From Candidatus Nomurabacteria bacterium (GTDB taxonomy: Bacteria > Patescibacteriota > Minisyncoccia > Phycocordibacterales > UBA9973): 64,000 bases of DNA. Of this stretch, positions 1 through 9,963 are shown piece after piece. A program made the position numbers and the translations under genes. Under the pieces are notes generated by a model. The model was given only the letters and a program-made list of their open reading frames with translations. It was not told the DNA's origin and searched no databases. Position 1 is the stretch's first letter. The number at the start of each line of letters is the position of its first letter. Where the stretch lies: the NCBI GenBank assembly GCA_026396015.1, contig JAPLXP010000003.1, positions 176,974 through 240,973 on the forward strand, read 5' to 3'.

Positions 1-75
1 AATACAAAATCCCAAAGTTTAGACTTTGGGATTTTGTATTTTTATGGATACCGATATGTATGGTAAACTGAATAT

Positions 76-507
76 ATGAATACAGAATACTCCGCAGGAG
101 TCATACTAATACTAAAAAAACAAGGCCAAGAAAATAGATTCTTATTGGTAAAGCAACTATCTAATAATTGGAGTTTTCCCAAGGGGCATATAGAAGCGGG
201 GGAAGATTCCAAGGCAGCATCTATCCGTGAACTCCAAGAAGAGACTGGTATTACTGATATAGAATTTTTAGATTTTCCTCCTTTGTTTGAAGAATATGAT
301 TTCAATCGCAGTGGTGACGTTCATCACAAGGTAAATGAATATTTTATCGCATATTCAAATCAAGAAGACGTAAAAATTCAAGAGGGAGAGATTGTCGAAT
401 ACAAATGGGCCACATATACTGAAGCTTTTGGAACATTTACTTTTGATGATCAGAGAGTTGCATTAAAAAAAGCAAAAGAATACTTAGATAGTTTAGATAA
501 AAAATAA
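76..507 (+). CDS. NUDIX hydrolase
   Basis: Nudix box GHIEAGEDSKAASIRELQEETGI (GX5EX7REUXEEXGU) in a 143-aa ORF. Confidence 0.8.
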   Translation: MNTEYSAGVILILKKQGQENRFLLVKQLSNNWSFPKGHIEAGEDSKAASIRELQEETGITDIEFLDFPPLFEEYDFNRSGDVHHKVNEYFIAYSNQEDVKIQEGEIVEYKWATYTEAFGTFTFDDQRVALKKAKEYLDSLDKK

Positions 508-512
508 AATTT

Positions 513-1157
513 ATGAAGATAAAAAAACTTGGACATTGTTGTTTTGTGGCAGAACCGCGCACGGGGGTACGGATTATGACTGATCCTGGTCATCCAGATT
601 TTAGTGGGGATTATTTAACGGAGTCAAATCTCTCAGCTATTTTGATTACCCATGAACACGCAGATCATCTGCATGTAGAATCACTTAAAAAAGTTCTGGA
701 AAATAATCCCGATGCAATTGTGATCACAAATACATCTGTTGGAAAAATATTGGACGCAGAAAATATTCCACATACTATCGTAGAGCAAAGACAAAAATTT
801 GATTTGCATGGTGTAACGATTACAGGCTTTGGAGACCTTCACGCAGAGATATATCTGCTCTTTGGTCGTGTGCAGAACACTGGTTATACTATAGATAATC
901 TATGTTTCCCTGGTGATGCGTTTCACTACCCAGATGTCGAGGTAGATATTCTCGCATTACCTGTTTCAGGTCCCTGGATGGTTATGAAAGATGCTATTGA
1001 GTATACAAAGAAAATGAAGCCACGTATTGTATTCCCAGTTCATGATGGAATGATAAAGGATTTTGCTGCTTTTATCTGGAAAATACCAGAGGCACTACTA
1101 ACTCCAAATGAGATTATGTTTAAAAAATTAGAAATTGGAGTAGAAGAGGATATATAA
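513..1157 (+). CDS. MBL-fold metallo-hydrolase
   Basis: HEHADH metal-binding motif and beta-lactamase-fold spacing of His/Asp residues. Confidence 0.65.
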   Translation: MKIKKLGHCCFVAEPRTGVRIMTDPGHPDFSGDYLTESNLSAILITHEHADHLHVESLKKVLENNPDAIVITNTSVGKILDAENIPHTIVEQRQKFDLHGVTITGFGDLHAEIYLLFGRVQNTGYTIDNLCFPGDAFHYPDVEVDILALPVSGPWMVMKDAIEYTKKMKPRIVFPVHDGMIKDFAAFIWKIPEALLTPNEIMFKKLEIGVEEDI

Positions 1158-1748
1158 ATGGCACATCATCACATACATCACACACATGGATTCATCATCT
1201 CGTCTCGTGCATCCGGCGAGGCGAATAAGATGCTAACTGTTTATACTCGCGAGCTGGGTCTGGTGCATGCGATGGCGCAGGGTATTAGACTTTCTAAATC
1301 AAAACTGAGATTTACTCTACAGGATTTTTCTTATGCTAAAGTTGATCTGGTAAAAGGGCGTGATATTTGGCGGGTCACATCAGCTACAAATATATCTTCT
1401 TTTCCGTTAGCTCGCGCAAATAGAGATTCGGTTGTATTCATGTCTCGGATGTCGGCACTTGTTGATAGGCTCTGTCGAGGTGAGGAAGGTAATGAGACAG
1501 TGTTTGATTCACTAATCCAAGCTTTTACTTTTTTGGATGATGAGAATTTTAGTGCAGAGTCTCGGTCTGCATTGGAACTACATACAGTATTGTCTGTTGT
1601 ACATGCACTCGGATATGTAGGTGAATCAGATGATATTGTATATTACCTTGGTGGAGATTTTGATCATGATAAAACTAATAAATTATTAAAAGAAAAAAAA
1701 TCTATAATCTCGCATATCAATCGTGCTTTGCGTGAAAGTGGATTATAA
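1158..1748 (+). CDS. recO: DNA repair protein RecO
   Basis: N-terminal OB-fold pattern (ISSRASGEANKMLTVYTRELGLV..AKG.R.SKSKL) typical of RecO; ~196 aa. Confidence 0.6.
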   Translation: MAHHHIHHTHGFIISSRASGEANKMLTVYTRELGLVHAMAQGIRLSKSKLRFTLQDFSYAKVDLVKGRDIWRVTSATNISSFPLARANRDSVVFMSRMSALVDRLCRGEEGNETVFDSLIQAFTFLDDENFSAESRSALELHTVLSVVHALGYVGESDDIVYYLGGDFDHDKTNKLLKEKKSIISHINRALRESGL

Positions 1749-1767
1749 AAGTGTTATAATATTTCTT

Positions 1768-3657
1768 ATGCAAGAAAATGAAAAATTAAACAAGATAGAA
1801 GAAGTAAAAAGGAAGCTTTATGATAGGAATACAGTTATTTCTAATCATGATCGTCAAGGTGTTTTACATCAGATTCCTCATCAAAATATATCTGGTAATT
1901 GGCAAAATAACGATGGTAATATTATGAAAAAACCTCCACAATCTAAATTTTTTAAATATTTTTTTATAACAACAATTGTATTTTTTATATTTGCTATTTT
2001 TTTTGCTGTTTATATGTTTATGCAGGGTTCAACTTCAGTATCAAATGATAATATAGATATCTCTGTATTAGGTAATTCATTTACAGAAGGCGGCAAGGAA
2101 CTACAACTACAAGTTGAAGTAGTAAATAAGAATAAGTCTGATTTAGAGCTTTCAAATCTGATTGTAGAGTATCCGCGTGGTGCAAGTGATGATGCTACGG
2201 ATGTAATGCGATTACCTCGCGAGAATATAGGCACTATTCCTGCAGGTGGCAGAGCTACAAAAATATTTAAGGTTACATTATACGGAGACCAGGGGTCTGT
2301 ACGTAATGTAAATATTAAGCTAGAATATCACCCAGCAGGATCTAATGCTATTTTTACAAAAGATCAGTCATATCCAGTGACGATAAATTCCTCACCAATC
2401 TCATTGCTTGTAGATGCACCAGCTAGTACTAGCGCCAATCAATCCATAACCTTCAAAGTCACAGCTACATTAAACACTACAATACCTCAAGAAGGGGCTG
2501 TGTTGACTGTCAGCTATCCCCAAGGCTTTATTTTTGAGAATGCTACACCATCACCTGACAGTTCCAATTATGTTTGGGACCTCTCTGGTTTGACTCAATC
2601 TAATCCAATCACTATAGCTATCACAGGTCATATGGTAGGACAGGATGGTGACGAACAAGCATTCCATGTATATGCCGGTACAAAAAAGCCTGGTCAGCAA
2701 GCTATTGATGTTGTTTATAATTCATTCCTCCATATTGTAAATATTGTAAAACCATTCCTTGATACAAAAGTCGTTGTGAATGGTAATGATGTAGATGCAC
2801 CTAGCGTATCTGGTGGTGAAAAAGTTAATGCAGAAATTTTTTGGTCAAATAATTTAAAAACAACAATATCTGATCCTCAGTTAGTTGTAAAATTTTCTGG
2901 TAATGCATTAGATAAAAATAAAATTGGATCTGATCAGGGGTTTTATGATTCATTAAATAATCAAATTATTTGGAACAAGAATAGTGCTCAAAATTTCTCT
3001 AGTATTTCTCCCGGACAAAGTGGTAGCTTTAGTTTTAACTTTACTCCAATATCTGTTTTAAATTCTGAAGTTAAGATAAGTGATCCTCAAATTGTTATTG
3101 AGGTTAGTATTCGTGGGCAGCAAGTAGAATCAGGTAATATTTTTACTAATGTTGATAATTTTTCCAAAAAAGTTGTAAAAATTTCTTCTAATTTTCAGCT
3201 TGCAGGTAGTGCAAACTATTTTTCAGGTGAATTACCTCCAAGAGCTGAGAATGAGACTAAATATAAAATAAATTGGATTCTTTCAAATTCATCTAATCCT
3301 GTAAAAAATGCCGAAGCAAGAGCTGTGTTACCTGTGTATGTAAAATGGTTAGGGCGCCTGTCTGGTAATGCTGAAAATATTTCTTACAATGAATCTACTC
3401 GTGAAGTTATTTGGAAAATAGGAAATGTGAATCCCGATACAGGTTTTGATTCTAATAATCGTGAAGCTGATTTCGTAATTTCCTTAAATCCTTCTGTTTC
3501 TCAAATAGGTACAGTCCCTGTATTAACAAAAGACGTGTATTTGATTGGTGATGATAGTTTTACTAAAGAAAAATTAAAATTTATTAGAAAATCTTTGAAT
3601 ACATTTCTTTACAATGATCCAAACTTTAAATCTGGCGATGAACGTGTTATAAAGTAA
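1768..3657 (+). CDS. hypothetical large membrane-anchored extracytoplasmic protein
   Basis: ORF track 1723..3657; start moved to ATG 1768, 8 nt after a TATAAT at 1755-1760 (leaderless). Single N-terminal TM (FFITTIVFFIFAIFFAVYMF) followed by ~560 aa of beta-rich Ser/Thr/Asn-rich sequence. Confidence 0.5.
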   Translation: MQENEKLNKIEEVKRKLYDRNTVISNHDRQGVLHQIPHQNISGNWQNNDGNIMKKPPQSKFFKYFFITTIVFFIFAIFFAVYMFMQGSTSVSNDNIDISVLGNSFTEGGKELQLQVEVVNKNKSDLELSNLIVEYPRGASDDATDVMRLPRENIGTIPAGGRATKIFKVTLYGDQGSVRNVNIKLEYHPAGSNAIFTKDQSYPVTINSSPISLLVDAPASTSANQSITFKVTATLNTTIPQEGAVLTVSYPQGFIFENATPSPDSSNYVWDLSGLTQSNPITIAITGHMVGQDGDEQAFHVYAGTKKPGQQAIDVVYNSFLHIVNIVKPFLDTKVVVNGNDVDAPSVSGGEKVNAEIFWSNNLKTTISDPQLVVKFSGNALDKNKIGSDQGFYDSLNNQIIWNKNSAQNFSSISPGQSGSFSFNFTPISVLNSEVKISDPQIVIEVSIRGQQVESGNIFTNVDNFSKKVVKISSNFQLAGSANYFSGELPPRAENETKYKINWILSNSSNPVKNAEARAVLPVYVKWLGRLSGNAENISYNESTREVIWKIGNVNPDTGFDSNNREADFVISLNPSVSQIGTVPVLTKDVYLIGDDSFTKEKLKFIRKSLNTFLYNDPNFKSGDERVIK

Positions 3658-3660
3658 TAT

Positions 3661-4959
3661 ATGGATACAAACGATGCTAAATTAATGGAGAAGATAATCT
3701 CCCTCTGCAAGCGCCGAGGCTTTATTTATCAAGGGTCAGAGGTCTATGGAGGATTGGCTGGTACTTTTGACTACGGCCCACTAGGTGTAATGCTCAAGAA
3801 CAATATCAAGGATTCTTGGCGCAAGAAATTCGTATCGTCTCGACATGATATGTACGAGGTAGATGCTGCGATACTGATGAACTCTGCAGTCTGGCAGGCC
3901 TCTGGTCATGTAGATACTTTTACAGACCCACTAGTAGAATGTACAAAATGTAAAAAAAGATTCCGTGAAGATCAACTAGCAAAAAAAGGTGAGTGCGATG
4001 ATTGCGGAGGAGCTACTGGCGAGGCTCGTAATTTCAATATGATGTTCGCTACAAAAATCGGTGCTGTCGAGGATAGCGCTGCTACTGTATATCTACGCCC
4101 AGAGACAGCCCAGGGTATGTTTGTAAACTTCAAAAATATTGTAGATTCATTCCATCCAAAGCTACCATTTGGATTAGCACAAATAGGAAAGGCTTTCCGC
4201 AATGAGATAACTCCTCGTGATTTTATTTTCCGTGTTCGTGAATTCGAGCAGATGGAAATAGAGTATTTTGTACGACCTGATGATTGGGAAAAGTATTTCA
4301 ATTATTTTAAAGATGAGATGATTGAATGGATGGAGAGTATCGGTATCGATATGGCACGTCTGCATGAGCTAGAGGTAGAGAAGGGGGATCTGGCTCACTA
4401 CTCATCTCGCACAGTGGACTTTGAGTTTGATTTTGCATTTGGAAAGAAAGAGCTCTATGGACTAGCTTATCGTACAGATTTCGATCTGAAGAATCACAAG
4501 CTGGAATATATAGATGAGGAGGCAAAGGAGAAAATGACACCACATGTGATCGAGCCTACTTTTGGTGTAGATCGTACAGTGCTCGCACTGCTAACATCTG
4601 CATATATGGAGGATGAAAAGGAAGGTGAGGTTCGTAGTTATTTGAAATTCGCTCCGCATATGGCACCTGTAGTATGTGCAGTGTCTCCACTATTGAAGAA
4701 CAAGCCAGAACTCATTGAAAAAGCTCGCATAGTATATGGCACATTAAAGAATGAATTCGGACGAGTAATGTGGGATGACAATGGAAATATTGGAAAGAGA
4801 TATAGAAGACAAGATGAGATTGGTACACCATGGTGTATAGTCATAGACTTTGATACTCTGACTGATGATACAGTGACTATTCGTGATCGTGATACAGGTA
4901 CTCAAGAACGATTGCCGATATTAGAACTCGTAGAACATATTAAAGAAAAATTAGGATAA
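3661..4959 (+). CDS. glyQS: glycine--tRNA ligase (alpha2 type)
   Basis: Class II aaRS motifs; N-terminus FIYQGSEVYGGLAGTFDYGPLG and C-terminal anticodon-binding domain characteristic of GlyRS. Confidence 0.9.
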   Translation: MDTNDAKLMEKIISLCKRRGFIYQGSEVYGGLAGTFDYGPLGVMLKNNIKDSWRKKFVSSRHDMYEVDAAILMNSAVWQASGHVDTFTDPLVECTKCKKRFREDQLAKKGECDDCGGATGEARNFNMMFATKIGAVEDSAATVYLRPETAQGMFVNFKNIVDSFHPKLPFGLAQIGKAFRNEITPRDFIFRVREFEQMEIEYFVRPDDWEKYFNYFKDEMIEWMESIGIDMARLHELEVEKGDLAHYSSRTVDFEFDFAFGKKELYGLAYRTDFDLKNHKLEYIDEEAKEKMTPHVIEPTFGVDRTVLALLTSAYMEDEKEGEVRSYLKFAPHMAPVVCAVSPLLKNKPELIEKARIVYGTLKNEFGRVMWDDNGNIGKRYRRQDEIGTPWCIVIDFDTLTDDTVTIRDRDTGTQERLPILELVEHIKEKLG

Positions 4960-4967
4960 AATTTAAA

Positions 4968-4996
4968 CAAAACCGGCATTAGCCGGTTTTGTTGTT
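4968..4996. terminator. rho-independent terminator hairpin (aaaccggcATTAgccggttt + T-run)
   Basis: GC stem with T-tract directly after the glyQS stop. Confidence 0.6.
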
Positions 4997-5026
4997 TGTA
5001 TGTGTTTTTATGATATATTGAATTAT

Positions 5027-6298
5027 ATGATGAAAGCAAAAAAGAAAACACTAAAGAATGGATTGAGAGTCGTTACAGTACCAATGAAGGACAATCCGAC
5101 TGTTACAGTGCTCGTATTGGTAGGTACAGGAAGTGATTATGAATCAAAAGATATAAATGGTATTTCACATTTCCTTGAACATATGTGTTTTAAAGGGACT
5201 ACAAAACGCCCTACAGCACAGAGTATCTCGTATGAGCTTGATGCCCTAGGATCACAGTACAATGCTTTTACTGACCACGAGATGACTGGGTACTATGCCA
5301 AGGCAGATGCAAAGAAATTCAAACAAATTTTTGATGTAGTATCTGATGTTTATTTAAATTCTACATTTCCAGAAACTGAGATAGAAAAAGAGAAAGGTGT
5401 GATAATAGAGGAGATAAATATGTATGAGGATATGCCTCAGCGTCATGTTCAGGAACTCTTTGATAAGGCTCTTTATGGAGATCAGCCAGCAGGATGGGGA
5501 ATCGCTGGTCCAAAAGAAAACATAACAAAAATGAATCGTGATGATTTTGTTAAATACAAAAATGCACATTATGTAGCAGGAAGTACTGTGATAGTTGTTG
5601 CAGGAAATATTACTACAGAGCAAGTAGACGCCGAAGTTAAAAAATATTTTGGTGATGTATCTACTGGGGTAAAAGGTAAAAAGAAAAAAACTGTCGATAA
5701 ACAAAATCAACCAAACGCACTGTTGAAGTACAAAGAGACGGATCAGACTCATTTTGTTTTGGGCGTTCGTACATTTGATATGTTTGATGTACGCAATCCT
5801 ATATTGTCTGTGCTTTCTAGTATCCTTGGTATCGGTATGAGCTCTAGATTATTTATAAAGCTTCGCGAGGAAATGGGTGTTGCATATTATGTACGCTCTC
5901 ATAATGATGCCTCATTAGATCGTGGGGTATTCCAGATCTCTGCCGGTGTAAATAATGCTCGCACAAAAGAAGTAATCACTGAGATATTGAAAGAATGCAC
6001 AAAACTAAAAACTGAATTAGTAAGTGATATAGAATTGAAAAAAGTAAAATCATTCCTTTCTGGAAATATGAAGATGTCGCTAGAAGCCACGGATGATATT
6101 GCCAATTATTATGGTACACAAGAATTGCTGAGGGGGGAGATGAAGACTATCGATGAAAAGATAAAAGCTATAGAAAAAGTCACAGCAGCAGATATCAAGA
6201 AAATGGCTCAAAAGATTTTTGTGGACAAGAATCTGACTTTAGCTATGATTGGCCCAGATAAAGATGCTAAATCTTTTATTGATTTACTAAAATTTTAA
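5027..6298 (+). CDS. M16 family zinc peptidase (insulinase-like)
   Basis: Inverted zinc motif HFLEHMCFKG (HxxEH). Start moved to MMKAKKK (track 5000). Confidence 0.8.
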   Translation: MMKAKKKTLKNGLRVVTVPMKDNPTVTVLVLVGTGSDYESKDINGISHFLEHMCFKGTTKRPTAQSISYELDALGSQYNAFTDHEMTGYYAKADAKKFKQIFDVVSDVYLNSTFPETEIEKEKGVIIEEINMYEDMPQRHVQELFDKALYGDQPAGWGIAGPKENITKMNRDDFVKYKNAHYVAGSTVIVVAGNITTEQVDAEVKKYFGDVSTGVKGKKKKTVDKQNQPNALLKYKETDQTHFVLGVRTFDMFDVRNPILSVLSSILGIGMSSRLFIKLREEMGVAYYVRSHNDASLDRGVFQISAGVNNARTKEVITEILKECTKLKTELVSDIELKKVKSFLSGNMKMSLEATDDIANYYGTQELLRGEMKTIDEKIKAIEKVTAADIKKMAQKIFVDKNLTLAMIGPDKDAKSFIDLLKF

Positions 6299-6429
6299 AA
6301 ACTAAGAAATACACTATAGGATAAAACGGCTTCTATGAAATAGAACTTGCCCTTCCAGGCCAGAATGCGAATGTCTGGTAGTGTATTTCTTTGTTTTTAT
6401 AGGCATACTTATTGTGGTATAATTAAATA

Positions 6430-7497
6430 ATGTCAGAACATATTACAAAACATGAGATTAGTATCTCGACAAGTACTTTTATACGTATTTGCGTTTTCGG
6501 CTTGCTATTATTGGCAGCCTCAAAATTAACAGACTTAATATTGGTTGTTCTTACTTCTATTGTTATCGCATCGTTTATTGAATTCTCTGTAGATAAATTA
6601 AAGCCATATATCAAAAATCGCACTCTTGTAGTATTTCTAATATATTCAATCTCTATCGCATTTCTAGTATATCTATTCTCTGTATTCGTACCTGTATTTG
6701 TCAGTGAGATGTCTGCACTCGTTACACAGTTGGGTCAATATATTCCTGACAATAGTATTTTGAATACTTTTCAGACTGACACCATCTCTGGTGCTCATAA
6801 TGTTGTTAATAATATTTCAAAGAATGCCTCACTATCAGACATCATAAAGAGTACTCAGGGCCTGATTGGTACTTTCTCTGGTGGATTCTTTGATGTTGCT
6901 GGTTTTGCTTTTGGTAGTGCATTTAATCTTGCATTGATTATGGTCATATCTTTTTATCTTTCTGTAAAAGAAAAAGGAATAGAGAATTTCTTGCGCATTG
7001 TGATCCCCGATAGTCATGAGGAATATGCTATATCTCTTTGGTCTCGCACCGAACGTAAGATCGGTCTATGGCTACAGGGGCAGATGCTGCTCGGTCTAAT
7101 AATCGGAATGCTCGCATATTTGAGTCTGACTATTCTAGGAGTGAACTATTCTCTTGTTCTTGCTATCCTGACTGCTTTGCTTGAACTTATACCACTTGGT
7201 ATTTATATCGCTATGATTCCTGCTGTCATGTTCGGATTCCTTTCTGGTGGAGTGTCTATGGCTGCTATGAGTTTTATTATTTACTTTATTCTGCATCAAT
7301 TCGAAACATATCTGATTGCCCCATTGATCATTAAAAAGGTGGTTGGTATTTCTCCTCTAGTTGTGATATTGTCTGTATTAATCGGGTTCACACTAGCAGG
7401 ATTCTGGGGAGTGATATTGGCTATACCTTGTGCTGTATGTATTCTTGAATTCCTAGATGATTTAGAAAAGAAAAAGATTCTTTCCCGTACGAATTAA
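6430..7497 (+). CDS. AI-2E family transporter (PerM-like permease)
   Basis: ~8 predicted TM segments; length and topology typical of UPF0118/AI-2E. Confidence 0.55.
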   Translation: MSEHITKHEISISTSTFIRICVFGLLLLAASKLTDLILVVLTSIVIASFIEFSVDKLKPYIKNRTLVVFLIYSISIAFLVYLFSVFVPVFVSEMSALVTQLGQYIPDNSILNTFQTDTISGAHNVVNNISKNASLSDIIKSTQGLIGTFSGGFFDVAGFAFGSAFNLALIMVISFYLSVKEKGIENFLRIVIPDSHEEYAISLWSRTERKIGLWLQGQMLLGLIIGMLAYLSLTILGVNYSLVLAILTALLELIPLGIYIAMIPAVMFGFLSGGVSMAAMSFIIYFILHQFETYLIAPLIIKKVVGISPLVVILSVLIGFTLAGFWGVILAIPCAVCILEFLDDLEKKKILSRTN

Positions 7498-7498
7498 T

Positions 7499-8968
7499 AT
7501 GAACAAAAAACCATTTTATCTGACAACTACATTACCATACGTCAATGCAAACCTTCACATGGGGCATGCATTGGAATTTGTGCGTGCTGATGCGATAGTT
7601 CGATATAAGAAATTAAATAATTTTGATGTGTACTTCAATACCGGCACAGATGAGCACGGCATGAAGATTTATGAAAAAGCACAATCCCAAAACCTGACTG
7701 CGCAAGAATTTGTAGATCAGAGTTTTAAAAATTTCCGTGAATCTGTGAATATATTTGGATTAGTTGATGATATAAATTTTATCCGTACCACAGACAAAAA
7801 GCATGAGAAAATCGCGCAAAGCTTTTGGATGAAGTGTAAAGAAAATGGTTATATCTATAAAAAGAATTATCAGACTAGATACTGCGTAGGATGTGAATCA
7901 GAAAAGTCTGATAGTGAACTTGTAAATGGGGAATGTCCAGATCACCCTGGTCGCGCACTCGAGGTTATCGAGGAAGAAAATTACTTTTTCAAGTATAGTG
8001 AATTTACTGAAAAGCTTACAGATTTTTATAATTCAAATCCAAATTTTGTAATACCTGATTTTCGCTTTAACGAGATCAAGGCATTCGTATCAAGAGGTCT
8101 ACAAGACTTCTCTATATCACGTCTTGCTACCAAGATGCCATGGGGAATACCTGTGCCAGATGATAGTGAACATGTGATGTATGTATGGTTCGATGCACTG
8201 ACTAACTATATCTCGACTCTTGCAGAGGATGGAATAGAGACACTAGACCAATTAGTATCAAATGAAAAGTTCCAAAAATACTGGGTCAATGGTAATCCAA
8301 CACAATACTGCGGCAAAGATAATCTGCGTTTTCAGAGTGCTATGTGGCAATCAATGCTCATGGCTGCAGGAGTGCCGAATTCAAAACAAATAGTGATCAA
8401 TGGATTCATCACAGCTGAAGGTGGGTTAAAGATGTCCAAGACATTGGGTAATGTAGTGGACCCGCAGGATATAGTGGCACAATATGGCACTGATGCACTA
8501 CGCTACTTCCTACTACGTGAAGTGTCTTCATTTGAAGATTCACCTTTTACTATTGAACGATTCAAGGATTCCTATAATAGTGGATTGGCAAATGGACTTG
8601 GAAATTTGACGAGTCGTATTATGACATTATCTGAAAGATATATTAAAGATCCTGTTGAAATTTTAAATAAAGATTGGGTTGCTCCTGATTATATTGAGAA
8701 TATGGAAAAGTTTGATATTCAAAGAGCTTCTCAGATTGTTTGGCATTACATAGCAGAATCTGATAAAAAAATTCAGCAAGATGAACCTTTTAAGGTTGTT
8801 AAGATTGACGAAGCGAGAGGAGTTGAAATTATAAAATTTTTAGTTTCTGAGCTATGGAAAATAGCTAATATGCTAAAACCATTTTTACCTGAAACATCTC
8901 AAAAAATTAAAGACATTATTTTAGTAAATAAAAAACCAGAGGCTCCACTATTTTTGAGGAAGGATTAA
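7499..8968 (+). CDS. metG: methionine--tRNA ligase
   Basis: Class I HIGH (HMGH) and KMSKT motifs plus Zn-knuckle CVGCESE...CPDH. Confidence 0.9.
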   Translation: MNKKPFYLTTTLPYVNANLHMGHALEFVRADAIVRYKKLNNFDVYFNTGTDEHGMKIYEKAQSQNLTAQEFVDQSFKNFRESVNIFGLVDDINFIRTTDKKHEKIAQSFWMKCKENGYIYKKNYQTRYCVGCESEKSDSELVNGECPDHPGRALEVIEEENYFFKYSEFTEKLTDFYNSNPNFVIPDFRFNEIKAFVSRGLQDFSISRLATKMPWGIPVPDDSEHVMYVWFDALTNYISTLAEDGIETLDQLVSNEKFQKYWVNGNPTQYCGKDNLRFQSAMWQSMLMAAGVPNSKQIVINGFITAEGGLKMSKTLGNVVDPQDIVAQYGTDALRYFLLREVSSFEDSPFTIERFKDSYNSGLANGLGNLTSRIMTLSERYIKDPVEILNKDWVAPDYIENMEKFDIQRASQIVWHYIAESDKKIQQDEPFKVVKIDEARGVEIIKFLVSELWKIANMLKPFLPETSQKIKDIILVNKKPEAPLFLRKD

Positions 8969-8970
8969 GT

Positions 8971-9963
8971 ATGGAAAAATTTTTTAATAAAACACAAAAA
9001 TCTCCAGAAAAACTTCAAGCTCAAACAGAAGTTTTTGCAGAGCATGGCATACACCCTCGTATTGAAAGTATAAAAGAGATTAATGAAATGGGGGAAAGGC
9101 AGAAGGAGTTTAAAGATAAAAATCCAAACATCGATATTTTGGATTATCCAGAAAATACTCTACCTTTTGCTCGTTATTATAGAGAATTAAACGAACAAGC
9201 AACCATGTTAAAACATAGTGATATGTTGGCTGCTATCACTGATATAAATAATTTACCAAAAGATATTCCTAAAGAGCTTGTTTCTCTTATCAAAAATCAA
9301 TATCCCCAATACCTTACATTTTTACGCAAAGAAAAATCAACCTTAAACAAATTGGTAGAAAAGAATATTGAAACCTATAATAAAAAGTTTAAAGAAATAG
9401 TTTCTTCTATAAAAGAACAAATTAAAAATACCGAAGCACAAGATATCTCTTCTTATTTATCAGAAGGAACACAAAATTTTGCCTTTAAAGTAAGCGTTGA
9501 TGGCTCTGATTTTGTAATTAAGATTCCAAAGGGAGATTTTGCCGTGGAAATGACGGTAGTTAATAAGGAGATTAAAGCCATGATGAGGGGGGCTGATTTA
9601 TCCAACCTTTCCCATTTACAAGCGTATTCATATCCAGATAATGTTACAGTTTTTAATTATATAGATGGTGTAAATTTTGAGCACCTAAAAAAAGAGGAAA
9701 GAAATAAAATAAGTAATCAAACAATACAATTTTTTATAAAAACTATTAAAGAAATGAAAAAAAGAGGAATAAGACCTGATGTTGGAGCTGAAGGAAATTT
9801 TATTTTCAATGAAAAAGAAGAAATTATATATATAATTGATTATACTCTTAATGACGGAACAGATACTAATTACAAAAAAAGTAAAAAATTCTGTATTGAT
9901 TTTTTCGGCGAAGAAAAGAAAAAAATTATTGACAAGTCATTCTCACTATTTTCATGGATTTAA
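8971..9963 (+). CDS. hypothetical protein, kinase-like fold in C-terminal half
   Basis: VIKIPKG (beta3 Lys-like), RPDVGAEGN (HxDxxxxN-like) and IIDY (DFG-like) spacing resembling APH/choline-kinase-like proteins. Overlaps tatD by 10 nt. Confidence 0.35.
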   Translation: MEKFFNKTQKSPEKLQAQTEVFAEHGIHPRIESIKEINEMGERQKEFKDKNPNIDILDYPENTLPFARYYRELNEQATMLKHSDMLAAITDINNLPKDIPKELVSLIKNQYPQYLTFLRKEKSTLNKLVEKNIETYNKKFKEIVSSIKEQIKNTEAQDISSYLSEGTQNFAFKVSVDGSDFVIKIPKGDFAVEMTVVNKEIKAMMRGADLSNLSHLQAYSYPDNVTVFNYIDGVNFEHLKKEERNKISNQTIQFFIKTIKEMKKRGIRPDVGAEGNFIFNEKEEIIYIIDYTLNDGTDTNYKKSKKFCIDFFGEEKKKIIDKSFSLFSWI

